From Candidatus Velthaea sp. (GTDB lineage Bacteria > Vulcanimicrobiota > Vulcanimicrobiia > Vulcanimicrobiales > Vulcanimicrobiaceae): a stretch of 64,000 nucleotides of DNA. The stretch covers positions 288,001-352,000 of the forward strand of contig CBDCCS010000022.1 in NCBI GenBank assembly GCA_965214935.1. Reading direction: 5' to 3'. This document shows, in pieces, positions 20,903 to 31,340 of the stretch (the first letter of the stretch is position 1; each line of letters opens with the position of its first letter). The notes under the pieces were generated by a model, which did no database searches, was not told the DNA's origin, and saw only the letters and a program-made list of their open reading frames with translations. A program made the translations under genes and the position numbers.

Positions 20903-21868
20903 CAGCGGCGCACGGGCGGCGGCGTCGGATGCGCCGCGTCGTAATCACCGCGGTCGAGTTTGCGCAACAGCGTTTGAGCGAAAAGCGCGTCGCTATCGGC
21001 CGCGATCGAGGCTTTGAGTACGCGCCGCGCGTCCGCCGTCCGCTTCTGTCCCAAAAAGATGCGCGCGAGCAGCGTGTAACCGTGCTGACCCGCCTCACCG
21101 ACATGTCCGGGGTCGGCGTCAAGACCGCGGTCGGCATAGGTGATCGCCGCGTCGGGCTCGTTGAGATCGTCGAACAACGACGCAATGTGGTAATCGATAT
21201 CGGCGTATTCCGGCAGCACGTTCGGAATGTCGATGACGTAGGCAAGCGCGCGTTGCGGATCTTTGAGATCGGCTTGATAAATTAGGGCGAGATACTCGCG
21301 CGCCAGCACGTTGTTTGCATCGCTTTGCAGAGCAGTGAGAAATTCGACCTTGGCGCGATTCTTGCTGCGCTCGTTCTCACGCATGATCCCTAAGCCGACA
21401 TGCGCGGCGGGCGCCTGCGGGACGAGCGTCAGCGCCGCGTCGAGTTCTTCGCGCGCGTCGGTCTCGCGCTCGCGCCCGATTTGCGTTGCAAACAGGTACG
21501 AAAAACCTAGCCGGACGTGCGCGATGTAATCACGCGGATGAACCGCGACGGCTTCTTCTTCGGCATCGACAAGCGCGTCGAACGCGGCCGGCGTTGCAAC
21601 GCTGTCGAATTGAGGAACGCGAGTGCCAAGGTGTTATCCGGAACGACGCGCAACGCGCGCTCGAAGCCGCTCCGAGCGGCGGGGAAATCACGCTTGAAAA
21701 ATGCCCGCAAGCCCCCGCGCAGCGCCAGGCTGAACGCAGCGTTTGCAAAATCGTCGCGCGCGTGCGTTGCGGCGTTCGACGCGCCGCCGCCGGCCGGCCG
21801 ATCGACACCGCAAGCGCGATAGTCAGCGCAATCGTCCCGATGCTCGTTGTCCGGCGCCTTGCTCGCAC
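20902..21868 (-). CDS. Exported tetratricopeptide-repeat protein (frameshifted)
   Basis: Signal-like N-terminus from GTG 21868; TPR-like segments in different frames (ARSGFERALRVVPDNTLALAFL; AITYADRGLDADPG). Confidence 0.65.
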
Positions 21869-21879
21869 GAGCGCCGAAG

Positions 21880-22605
21880 TCAGCGGCCGACGACGAGCCG
21901 GCGCGCGAGTGCTTCGGGCAAATGTGCCGAGGCAATCTTTCTTGTACGCGCGCGATCGGATATGCGAACCGCGAGATCGTGAGCGTTGCGGCGGCCGGCT
22001 CGTAAAACGCCATTGACGCCTGCGGATTTAAGTCGCGCGGCTGCCCGACACTTCCGACGTTAACGATATAGCGCGTACCGGCATCGAGCGTAAAGGTACC
22101 GCCTTGCTGCCAGTGCTTGTGCTCGAGGGACCCGTCGGGCCGCAGTGCATACGATTCGGCGATGTGTGTATGGCCGATAAAAATAAGCGGAGCATCGGTG
22201 GCCGCAAAGGCTCGCGCCGCGGCTGCCTTGTCGAGCACGTATTCAAAGTAGGTAACGGGCGCACCGTGCACGAGCAAAAAGTCGGGCGTGCGAAACTCGT
22301 AGCCCAGCGAATTGAGCCAGGTAATGTTTTTCAGGCGTTAAAACGGTCTGCGTCCAGCGCATTGCTTCGCGCGCGGTCGGATTGAAATACGACAGACCGA
22401 AACTATCGATCGCGGCGACATCATGATTACCGAGAACGGTCGCGGTTGCACGCGCGCGAATCATTTCGACACACTCGTTGGGGTTCGGACCGTAGCCGAC
22501 CATGTCGCCCAGACACAACAATCCATCGGTCGACGCGATTAAATCAAATGCGCCTTGCAACGCTTCGAGATTGCCGTGAACGTCCGATACGATCGCGTAT
22601 CTCAC
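21880..22605 (-). CDS. Metallophosphoesterase (YfcE/calcineurin-like), two homopolymer frameshifts
   Basis: SDVHGN, LGDMVGYG, GNHD, VHG, GHTH, NVGSVGQPRD; indels in A-runs near 22329 and 21939. Confidence 0.85.
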
Positions 22606-23720
22606 ACGGCCGCCTTCTCGCGCATTACGTCGAGAGCCTCGGCGAACTCACGGTCGAAGATCGCGCGTTCGCCGGGCGTGCCGACGGTTACCCGGATGAA
22701 TCCGTCGAGCGGCGGCGCATACGGTTTACGGACGAAAACGCCGCGCGCGAGCAACGCCGCCAGCAGCGCTTCGGCCTGCTGCCGGGTACCGATCTCAAAG
22801 CACACGAAATTGGTGGCCGATGTGAGGGTCCGGCATCCCAGGCGACGACCGATCCGAGCGTAATCGTCGCGTCCGCGTTCGACTTCGCCGACGACGCCGG
22901 CAACAAACGCCGGATCTTGCAGCGCCGCCAGCGCGCCGATCTGTGCCGTCCGGTTGACGCCGAAATGTTGCCGGATGCGCTGAAAGACGGCAATCGCGGC
23001 CGTACCGGCGATCGCATAGCCGACCCGCGCGCCGGCTAAACCATACGCTTTGGAGAACGTGCGCAAGCGAATCGTTCGAGCATCGACGGCGGCGGGCGGC
23101 AGGCGGCCCGGATCGACGAAATCGGCATAGGCTTCATCGATGACGAGCAGCACGCCGTCGGCCAACCCCGCCCGTAACCGCGCAAGGTCAGCGGCTTCAA
23201 CGAACGCGCCGCTGGGATTGTCGGGATTTGCGACGTAGACGATTTTCGGCGCGGCATGCTGCGCGACTGCAAGCAGCGCGTCGATGTCGATCCGTCCGTC
23301 AATCGCGGGTGCGGCAAGCGCCTCGACCGCTCCGTACGCCGCAACGTGGTAGGCCCACGTCGCATAGGTGCCGCGCGTCGACACGGCAACATTGCCCGGC
23401 GCGCAGTAGGTGCGAACGATGAGCGACATCAGATCGTCGATGCCCGAGCCGACGACGATATTCTCGACGCCACACGCATGTCGCTGCGCCAAGGCCGAGC
23501 GTAATTCGATCGACTCGGGATCGCCGTACAACGACGCATGGGCGACTGCTTCGCGCATCGCTTCGATCGCTTTGGGCGACGGTCCGAACGCGCTTTCATT
23601 TGCGCCCAGACGAACGAGCGAGTTGCGGCCGACTCGCCGCGCCAGTTCTTCGGGCGCAACAAAGGGAGTCGTCGGCGGAACGGCCGCAATTTGCGCGGCG
23701 GGCTGTGGAAACGTGGACAT
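22602..23720 (-). CDS. HisC-like class I/II PLP aminotransferase
   Basis: LGANESAFGPSP, NPDNPSG, DEAY, RTFSKAYGLAGARVG; start ATG 23720. Confidence 0.88.
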   Translation of the reverse strand: MSTFPQPAAQIAAVPPTTPFVAPEELARRVGRNSLVRLGANESAFGPSPKAIEAMREAVAHASLYGDPESIELRSALAQRHACGVENIVVGSGIDDLMSLIVRTYCAPGNVAVSTRGTYATWAYHVAAYGAVEALAAPAIDGRIDIDALLAVAQHAAPKIVYVANPDNPSGAFVEAADLARLRAGLADGVLLVIDEAYADFVDPGRLPPAAVDARTIRLRTFSKAYGLAGARVGYAIAGTAAIAVFQRIRQHFGVNRTAQIGALAALQDPAFVAGVVGEVERGRDDYARIGRRLGCRTLTSATNFVCFEIGTRQQAEALLAALLARGVFVRKPYAPPLDGFIRVTVGTPGERAIFDREFAEALDVMREKAAV

Positions 23721-23761
23721 CGCTTCTACCTGACCGCAGCGCGAGCGACGGCGTTGCGCAT

Positions 23762-24091
23762 CTACCGGCCGGCTCGCGTGACGCCGTTGACCGAACTTAC
23801 GCCGCGCATGCCGCGCACGATCTCGATGTCGCGCGCTACCGCCCCGGCGTCGTGCGTGCCGCCGCTGAGGGTGACGGCGCCGGAATGAACGCTGACGCTG
23901 ATACGCGATGCCGAATCGATGTCGGCCCCCGCGAGTTTGGCTTTGATTGCGGCGTAAAGGAGTCCATCGCGGAACGTGCCGGCCGGCGCGCCGCCGGGAG
24001 CGTCGGTGCTGCTGCTCGCAGCGGTACCGCCGTCCGGCCCGCAAGCGCTGAGCGCAGTAAGCAGAACGGCGGTAACAATGCGGGCCCTCAC
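23762..24091 (-). CDS. BON-domain lipoprotein
   Basis: Lipobox LSAC; DGLLYAAIKAKL...ISVSVHSGAVTLSG...RGVSSV; GTG overlaps the moeA TGA. Confidence 0.8.
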   Translation of the reverse strand: MRARIVTAVLLTALSACGPDGGTAASSSTDAPGGAPAGTFRDGLLYAAIKAKLAGADIDSASRISVSVHSGAVTLSGGTHDAGAVARDIEIVRGMRGVSSVNGVTRAGR

Positions 24092-25349
24092 AGCCGGCCG
24101 CCCGAACTGAAGCGCACGACATCGAGCATCTCGCCGGCGTCGACCTGCGACCGCTCGGCGCTCAAGACGACGTAGCCGGAGGCCCGCGCGAGTAAGCTCG
24201 TGTGCGCCGAACGTAGCGGTAGCGGGAATGCCTCCTCGCCGATCTCGCCGGCGCGCAATTCCGCCGGCACGAACCACGTCCAGCCGGGCCGGCCCGAGAA
24301 AGGGGCACCTGCTCGCGCGCGAACGGCGGGCGTACTGCGTACGGGCGTCTGGCCCGTCATGCGCCGCACGATCGGCGCACATACGGCTTCGAGGATCATC
24401 AGCGCCGACGCCGGATTGCCCGGTAATCCGATGACGGCTGCGAGCCGACGGCGGCGAGCACCGTCGGTTTTCCCGGTTTGACGCGCAAGCCGTGCACCAC
24501 GACGCCCGGCCCCGGGAAAGCGGCGATGGCATCCGGCGTCAGATCGCGCGCGCCGACGGAGGAACCGCCGGTCAACACGACGCCGTCGGCCTGAGCCAGA
24601 CCCATGCCGAGCGCGGCTTGCAGCGCTTCGAGGTCGTCGGATGCATTCGGCAATTGCACCACATCGGCACCCATCGCCGCCAATGCACCGGCGATCGCCC
24701 AGCGATTCGAATCGCGAACTTGGCCCGGCAGCGGCACGTCCGCCGCAGCGACGAGCTCGTCACCCGTTGAGATAACGGCAAATCGCGGGCGGCGATAGAC
24801 CGCGACGGTTATGAGTCCGAGCGTTGCCAGGACGCCCATCTCCGGACCGCCGATCCGGCGGCCCGCGCCGAGCGCAACATCGCCGGGCAGCATGTCCGCG
24901 CCGGCAGCCGTAATGTAGTCGTTCGATCCCGGATCAACCTGAACGTACACCAGTCCGCCATCCGTTACGGCGTCCTCGATGGGAATCACGGCATCCGCGC
25001 CGTCGGGCAAGGTGCCACCGGTCGGAATCAGCATCGCTTCACGGCAACCGAGCACCGCAGATGGTGCGTGACCCATGCGAATTTCGCCGGCGATCCGGCG
25101 CGCTTCGCGGCCATCTTGCGAACGGACCGCAAAGCCGTCCATCGTCGAACGCGCTCGCGGCGGAAAACTTTCGGCAGCAACCGCGTCGACGGCGAGAACG
25201 CGGCCGAATGCGGCGGCCAAACCGACCGCTTCGGTTTGCGGTGTTTGCAAGGCGACGGCGCGCTCGAAGGCGGCCAGAGCTTCGCGCGGCGCGAGCAGGC
25301 GATCGGGATCGAACGTCGCGCCCGGTAGGAGCGCTTGGGTACTGCGCAT
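24088..25349 (-). CDS. moeA: Molybdopterin molybdotransferase (frameshift near 24436)
   Basis: RSTMDGFAV, TGGTLPDGADAV, STGDEL, RDSN, GGSSVG, KPGKP, then GLPGNP in the shifted frame. Confidence 0.9.
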
Positions 25350-25369
25350 AACGCGCCGCTTCGCTACCG

Positions 25370-26661
25370 ATGCTTGATATTGCCTTGATTCGTCGCGATC
25401 CCGAACGCGTTCGCGCGTCTGCGCGACGCCGGGGACAAGATGCGGCATTTGTCGATCGCGTACTCGAACTCGACATCGACCGGCGCCGTGCACTCACGTC
25501 GGTCGAAGCGTTAAAGGCCGAAAAAAACGGGATGACGGCCGCGATCTCCAAAGCGGCCGATCGTGCAGCGGCAGCGCAAGAGTTGCGGCCGGCGCTTGCC
25601 GCGATCGACGCGCGTCTCGCTCAAGGCCGGGATGGAACCGGCCGCCATCGGGGCCCGGATCGACACGTTGCTGGCCGACGTCCCGAACGTCCTTGATGCC
25701 AGCGTTCCGGCCGGCGCAGCAAGCGACGATAACGTGGAGGTCCGCGTCTGGGGCGAGCCGCGCGCGTTTGATTTCGTGCCCAAGACGCACTGGGAGCTAG
25801 GTGATGCACTCGGCATAATCGATCTCGAACGGCGCCGCAAAGTTGTCCGGTTCGCGCTTCTCGATTCTCAAGGGTGCCGGCGTTCGGTTACAGCGCGGCC
25901 TGGCGTGCTTTTTCCTCGATCGCGCCGCGCGCAACGGATACACCGAGCTCGCGGTGCCGTACCTTGTCTCGCGCTCGACGATGTGGTCGACGGGACAGCT
26001 CTCGAAATTCGCCGATGCGATGTTCAACGATCCGAGCGCCGATCTGTTCATGATTCCGACTGCCGAAGTGCCGCTAACGGCGTATCACAAAGACGAGATT
26101 CTACCCGGCGACACGTTGCCGCTGCGGTACTGCGCGCATACACCATGCTTTCGCAAAGAAGCCGGCGCAGCCGGTAAAGACACGCGCGGTCTTATTCGCC
26201 AGCATCAATTCGAGAAAGTCGAACTCGTCTGGCTGACGGCTCCCGAGCGTTCGTTTGACGATCTCGATCGCTTGACGGACCACGCCGAAGGGCTGTTGCG
26301 CGAACTCGGCTTGGCGCATCGCACGATGCTGCTGTGCAGCGGCGACGTCGGCTATAATGCGGCCAAGACATTCGATCTTGAAGTGTGGCTGCCCAGCGAC
26401 GGCGGCGGCTATCGTGAAATAAGTTCTTGCTCCAACTGCACCGACTTCCAAGCGCGCCGCTCGAACATGCGCTTTCGGCGCGAACCAAAAGGTAAACCGG
26501 AGTACGTGCATACGCTCAATGGATCGGGACTTGCCGTCGGACGAACGCTGCTCGCGGTGCTCGAAAACTACCAACGCGCGGACGGCGGTATCGATATTCC
26601 GCCGGTGCTCGTCCCGTTTACCGGATTCGCTCAAATCGGCCCCGACGGCCGAACCGGCTAA
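25370..26661 (+). CDS. serS: Serine--tRNA ligase (frameshifts near 25630 and 25833)
   Basis: [55 protein letters not shown] spread over three frames. Confidence 0.95.
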
Positions 26662-26746
26662 CGACGCTCGCTTGGAATTCGGAACGGTTGCCATCGGCGA
26701 ACAATCTGCGCGCGCAATCGCTTACCGTCGCTTATGAAAGCTGTAT

Positions 26747-29413
26747 TTGTTGTTGTTCCGCTTCGCCTCTCATCGCATGCCGGCGTGGGTATTTGCTTTG
26801 GCACTTGCCGCTGTGCCCGTGACGCTACCGGCATTGCCGGCGGTCGCGCAGACGCCGCTGACGGCAACGTTGACCGGTACCGTTCTCGACGCCGCGGGCA
26901 AGCCGCTCGGTGATGCGCGCATCACCGCCAGCAGCGCTCAGACGACTGTAACGGTCCGTAGTGCCGCCGACGGCCGCTTTTCGCTGGGCGTTGCACCCGA
27001 CACGTACACCATTACCGTCGCGGCGAACGGCTTCCAAACGCTGCGCAATGACGGCGTCACCGTTACGTCGGCGACGGGTTCGCCGTTACGTTTACAGCTC
27101 GTGGCGTCGACGCTGCAGACGATCGGACGGACGCGCGGTAACCGCGCGACGTCGGTGAATCCGACGACCGCCGCAACGGCGGTCATCTCCAGTCAAACAT
27201 TCGTCGATCAAGGCCAGCCGCAAGTCGTCAACGTGCTCGATCACATCCCCGGCGTCGAGATCAACCGTGCTTCGTCGAATGCACCCGGTGCGAACACCTC
27301 GATCTCGCTCCGCGGCGCGCAGCCATACGAATCGCAAATTCTCATCGACGGGCATCCGGTGGTTTCATCGGCGAACGGCGCGAGCGGTTTTAACGGGACG
27401 TTCATCAACTCGCTGCTGCTCGCCGACGTGGAGGTGAATAAAGGGCCCGGCAACATCCCCAATACGATCGAAAACGCCGTCGGCGGAACGCTCAATTTTA
27501 TCACGCCGACCATCACGGGCGGACCGAGCGGCACGGCACTAACCGGCTACGATTCGTTCGATGGTTTTTATTACAGCGCGCAAGCATCCGATACGTTCGG
27601 CAAACTCGGCGTGCTCGTCGGCGTCGCATCGGATCAAACGCCGGGTTATCTCACGCCGCAAACGATCTACGCCGGCCAAACCTATCCGCGCGTTACGGCC
27701 GGCACCGGATTTGCACCGCACGTCGGTGTCGTCAACTTCGGTTACCCCGCGACGCAAGATTTCCATAGCCGCTCGCAACTCGGAAAATTGTCGTACAACT
27801 TCTCACCGCAAACGTCGTTGTTGCTCGAACAGTACTCGACGCAAACCGACAACGATGAAACGGGCACCAACTACCAATTCGCAAACGCAACGATTTTGCC
27901 GTGCATCGACCAGCCTCCGGCCGGCTTCGGCGGAACGCCGAATTGTCTCGAAGGCGGCACAAACCCGAATTATACATCGACGGCGAATGCCGCCCTCATC
28001 GGCCGCAGCGTTCCGCTCAACCTGTATGCGCCGTATCCGAACACGACGGAATTCGACAACGAGCCGATTTACTCCGTAGAGTTCCGCACCGTGGCCGGTC
28101 CCGGATCGTTCCTCGCGCGGTATTATACCGGCACGATCAATCGCATCATCACCCAGTCGTTTTCACCCGTTGCCGTGATTCCGTGTATGTCGCCGGCTTG
28201 TCCGAACGGTGACGACTTCTCGACAAATCCACCGACGTACAACGCCTATCAGGGCGAGCCGTACGTTGAAGATACGATCGACAAATTGCACGGCGTCGAC
28301 GCACAGTATACGATTCCGTTCGGTGCAAATAACGTAACGTTCGGCTTCGACCGGCACGTTGATACCGCGACCTTCGGCGAGTATGACCCGACGCTCGGAC
28401 CGCCGTCGTTCACTCAAGGCCTGAACATTCAGAGCGTCTCGTACAATTTGCGCGGCGACTTTGCACTGTCGCGCAAGCTCAGCCTCGAATCAGGCAATTA
28501 CTTTTCGAACACGACCCTCGTCGGCTCGCGCTTCGATCCGCGTCTCGGTCTTGTTTACCGGGTCAATTCTAATGCGGCAGTGCGTGCCTCGTTCGGCAGC
28601 GCATTCGTTGCACCGTACTACGGCTTGATCGTGACGGCACCGTACGTCAATCAAGGCAACCTAAATGCTGCGACCGGGCCGTTCAAGCCCGAGACGTCCA
28701 CCGGCTATGATTTTGGCACCGACATCAGCTTGGGTCGCGACTCGCTCGTATCGTTCGACGGTTACCTCAGCACGATCTTCAACCGGTACGCATCGGTGAC
28801 GACGCAGCTGCCGAATGGATCGAGTTTCGGCGGCACGCCGATCATGACCGAGACGCAAGAAGGCAATCAAGCCGTCGTGCGACAGGAGGGGATCGAGTTC
28901 CAGTTTCTGCACGCACCGCGCGTCGGAGTGGGCTTTCACACCGCGATCGACCTACTGCGCGATTATGCGTACAATCAAGATCAGACCGTTAGCGTCGACA
29001 GCATTTTCGGTGCCGGGACGCCGGGGAACTACGTGCAATTGCCGAGCTATCCGTACAGTAAGCTGCGCAACGACCTGTTCTATACATTTTCGGGTGGTGC
29101 GCAAGCGCGCATCAGCGGCACGTCGTACGGCGCGAACAACTCGTTCGGGCAAACCGGTTTTACGGAGTTCGACGGCGAGATTCGCCTGCCGTTACGGCAT
29201 GGCTTTTCACTCAATCTGGGCGGCACGAATATTTTCAACCACGATAATTATCAAGCCGGCGGCGTGTATGACGGCGGGTACACGTACCCGATTCTCGGCG
29301 GCGGTGCCGGCTATACCACCCAGAACTTCGTCCAGCCGCGCACGCTCTACATCCAATTGCAGCGCAGCATCGGCCCGAGCGGTTCGACCACCCAGCCGCG
29401 CACCGGCTTTTAA
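26747..29413 (+). CDS. TonB-dependent receptor with N-terminal carboxypeptidase-regulatory-like domain
   Basis: Signal peptide; LTGTVLDAAGKPL; plug ISLRG...ILIDG...VEVNKG...GGTLNF; beta-barrel C-terminus (NIFN, QPRTLYIQL). Start may be ATG 26777. Confidence 0.88.
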   Translation: MLLFRFASHRMPAWVFALALAAVPVTLPALPAVAQTPLTATLTGTVLDAAGKPLGDARITASSAQTTVTVRSAADGRFSLGVAPDTYTITVAANGFQTLRNDGVTVTSATGSPLRLQLVASTLQTIGRTRGNRATSVNPTTAATAVISSQTFVDQGQPQVVNVLDHIPGVEINRASSNAPGANTSISLRGAQPYESQILIDGHPVVSSANGASGFNGTFINSLLLADVEVNKGPGNIPNTIENAVGGTLNFITPTITGGPSGTALTGYDSFDGFYYSAQASDTFGKLGVLVGVASDQTPGYLTPQTIYAGQTYPRVTAGTGFAPHVGVVNFGYPATQDFHSRSQLGKLSYNFSPQTSLLLEQYSTQTDNDETGTNYQFANATILPCIDQPPAGFGGTPNCLEGGTNPNYTSTANAALIGRSVPLNLYAPYPNTTEFDNEPIYSVEFRTVAGPGSFLARYYTGTINRIITQSFSPVAVIPCMSPACPNGDDFSTNPPTYNAYQGEPYVEDTIDKLHGVDAQYTIPFGANNVTFGFDRHVDTATFGEYDPTLGPPSFTQGLNIQSVSYNLRGDFALSRKLSLESGNYFSNTTLVGSRFDPRLGLVYRVNSNAAVRASFGSAFVAPYYGLIVTAPYVNQGNLNAATGPFKPETSTGYDFGTDISLGRDSLVSFDGYLSTIFNRYASVTTQLPNGSSFGGTPIMTETQEGNQAVVRQEGIEFQFLHAPRVGVGFHTAIDLLRDYAYNQDQTVSVDSIFGAGTPGNYVQLPSYPYSKLRNDLFYTFSGGAQARISGTSYGANNSFGQTGFTEFDGEIRLPLRHGFSLNLGGTNIFNHDNYQAGGVYDGGYTYPILGGGAGYTTQNFVQPRTLYIQLQRSIGPSGSTTQPRTGF

Positions 29414-29520
29414 CGCCGGCATGAAACGATCGCGTGCGCACACTCTCGCTCGTCTGCGCACGCTGCCCAGATGAGTTGCCGTTGGCCGGATAATCAACCG
29501 GCAGCTGTGACGTTGGCGGC

Positions 29521-30354
29521 ATGATTGCGGGGCTACTGTTGGACGGGCGCGCGGCGCTCGTCACCGGCGGCGCGGGCCGTATCGGTAGCGCAATTGCCGG
29601 TACGTTCCTGCGCGAAGGGGCGTGCGTCGCGATCGCCGACCGTGATGTCGAGCGACTCGCCGGCGTCGAGGCCGCTTGGGCACAAGATGACGCCGCAATA
29701 AGAGCGCAGACCGTGCGTATCACGGCGATCGCCGGCGACACGGCGGCGGTCGCCGACGTGACACACATCGTCGACGAAGCGGAAGCGGCACTCGGGCCGC
29801 TCGACATACTCGTGACGTGTGCCGCCGTGTATCCCAATGCACCGCTGCTCGAAATGGACGCTTCGGCCTGGGATCAGGTATTCGCCGTGAACGTGCGAGG
29901 GGTGATGCTTGCATCGCAGATCGTCGGACGGCGTTGGGTCGAACGCGGCACGCGCGGTTCGATGGTCCACCTGTCCTCAGGCGCGGCCCGGTCGGCGCGC
30001 CGCGGGGCGTCCGCATACTGCGGGTCAAAAGCCGCACTGGAGATGCTCGTCGAAGTCTTGGCGCTCGAACTCGGTCCGCACGGCATCCGCGTTAACGCGG
30101 TCGCGCCGGGCTTGGTGACCGATGAAGTTGTCGACGGCTCGGCGGCCGGGCTGACACCGTACGTGCGCGAAATGTTGCGCGGCACGCCGCTCGGCCGGAC
30201 CGGCGCACCCGCAGAGATCGCCGAAGCCGTTGCCTTCTTAGCATCGGAACGGTCGGGCTGGACGACCGGCAGCATTCTGGATGTCACCGGCGGCTCGCTT
30301 TGCGGGCGCGCACATCTCGATTACATTGCCGAACTCAACCGGAAGCATAGCTAA
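29521..30354 (+). CDS. SDR family oxidoreductase
   Basis: TGGAGRIG, YCGSK, IRVNAVAPG, PLGR.G.P.EIA. Confidence 0.92.
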   Translation: MIAGLLLDGRAALVTGGAGRIGSAIAGTFLREGACVAIADRDVERLAGVEAAWAQDDAAIRAQTVRITAIAGDTAAVADVTHIVDEAEAALGPLDILVTCAAVYPNAPLLEMDASAWDQVFAVNVRGVMLASQIVGRRWVERGTRGSMVHLSSGAARSARRGASAYCGSKAALEMLVEVLALELGPHGIRVNAVAPGLVTDEVVDGSAAGLTPYVREMLRGTPLGRTGAPAEIAEAVAFLASERSGWTTGSILDVTGGSLCGRAHLDYIAELNRKHS

Positions 30355-30359
30355 CGTAG

Positions 30360-31340
30360 ATGCCGTCGGTGACACGCGAGGGCGGCATCAATGACGCCGC
30401 CGGTCGCCTCCGTGCCGGCGGCGTCGTCGCCCTGCCGACTGAAACCGTGTACGGCCTTGCAGCCGATGCTGCGAATCCGGCAGCGGTACGTCGGATCTAT
30501 GCGATCAAAGGCCGGCCTGCCGATCATCCGCTGATCGTCCATTTGCCGCAAGCGGCCGACTTGGAACGCTACGCTGCCGGCGATCTGCGTACGGCGAGAA
30601 TTCTTGCCGAGCGGTATTGGCCCGGTCCGTTGACGATTGTTTTGCCCAAAAGCGGTATCGTTTCGGGCGACGTCACAGGCGGACAGCCGACCGTCGCGCT
30701 GCGCGTCGTCGACCATCCGCTGACTCAAGCGATACTAGCACGGTTCGGCTCGGCGGTTGCTGCGCCGTCGGCGAATCGATTCGGCCGCGTGAGTCCGACC
30801 ACCGCACAGCACGTGCGCGACGACTTGGGCGACGACGTGGACCTCGTTGTGGACGGCGGCCCGGCACGGGTCGGCATCGAGTCGACGATCGTCGATTTGA
30901 GCGGGAACATTCCCGCGGTACTGCGCTTGGGCAGTATCGGAGTCGCCGAACTTAGCGCAGTGCTCGGCACTGCTGTTGAAACGCGTGTGGGCGGCACGGT
31001 GCGGGCGCCGGGTACGCTCGAATCACATTATGCGCCGCGCTCGCCGCTCGTTCTCATCGAACAAAACACCCTCGAGGCGGAGTTGAAACGCCGCGCTGCA
31101 GCCGGCGAGCGAGCCGGCGTGCTGGTCCTTCCCGATGGCGCTGCCGCGGCAGCGCGCGCATTGTACGCCGCGCTGCGCGACCTCGATCGTGGCGATTATG
31201 ACGTCCTCCTTGCGATCCTTCCGCCGGACACGCCGAGCAATGCGGCCGTGCGCGACCGGCTTCGGCGAGCCGCGGCTTCAACGACTGCTCGGTCAGTGAA
31301 TGCCGAGCTTGGCAACGAGCAGCAAACCGGCAGCAAATAA
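30360..31340 (+). CDS. tsaC: L-threonylcarbamoyladenylate synthase (Sua5/TsaC)
   Basis: PTETVYGL, KGRP..HPLIVH, WPGPLT, PSANRFG, GIEST, APG...HYAP Sua5 linker. Confidence 0.93.
   Translation: MPSVTREGGINDAAGRLRAGGVVALPTETVYGLAADAANPAAVRRIYAIKGRPADHPLIVHLPQAADLERYAAGDLRTARILAERYWPGPLTIVLPKSGIVSGDVTGGQPTVALRVVDHPLTQAILARFGSAVAAPSANRFGRVSPTTAQHVRDDLGDDVDLVVDGGPARVGIESTIVDLSGNIPAVLRLGSIGVAELSAVLGTAVETRVGGTVRAPGTLESHYAPRSPLVLIEQNTLEAELKRRAAAGERAGVLVLPDGAAAAARALYAALRDLDRGDYDVLLAILPPDTPSNAAVRDRLRRAAASTTARSVNAELGNEQQTGSK

Noticed and set aside
21507..22277. Phosphoesterase-TPR fusion protein
   Set aside because: Produced by an A-run indel near 21939; the corrected frame stops at 21880.
22602..24532. 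Long N-terminal extensions on the aminotransferase and BON ORFs (likewise tyrA, hpt, MFS, suhB, dioxygenase, FAD oxidoreductase)
   Set aside because: These are alternative frames of upstream genes left open in GC-rich DNA; homology starts later.
25370..26661. Programmed frameshifting in serS
   Set aside because: No slippery heptamer seen, and neighbouring unrelated genes show the same type of indel.
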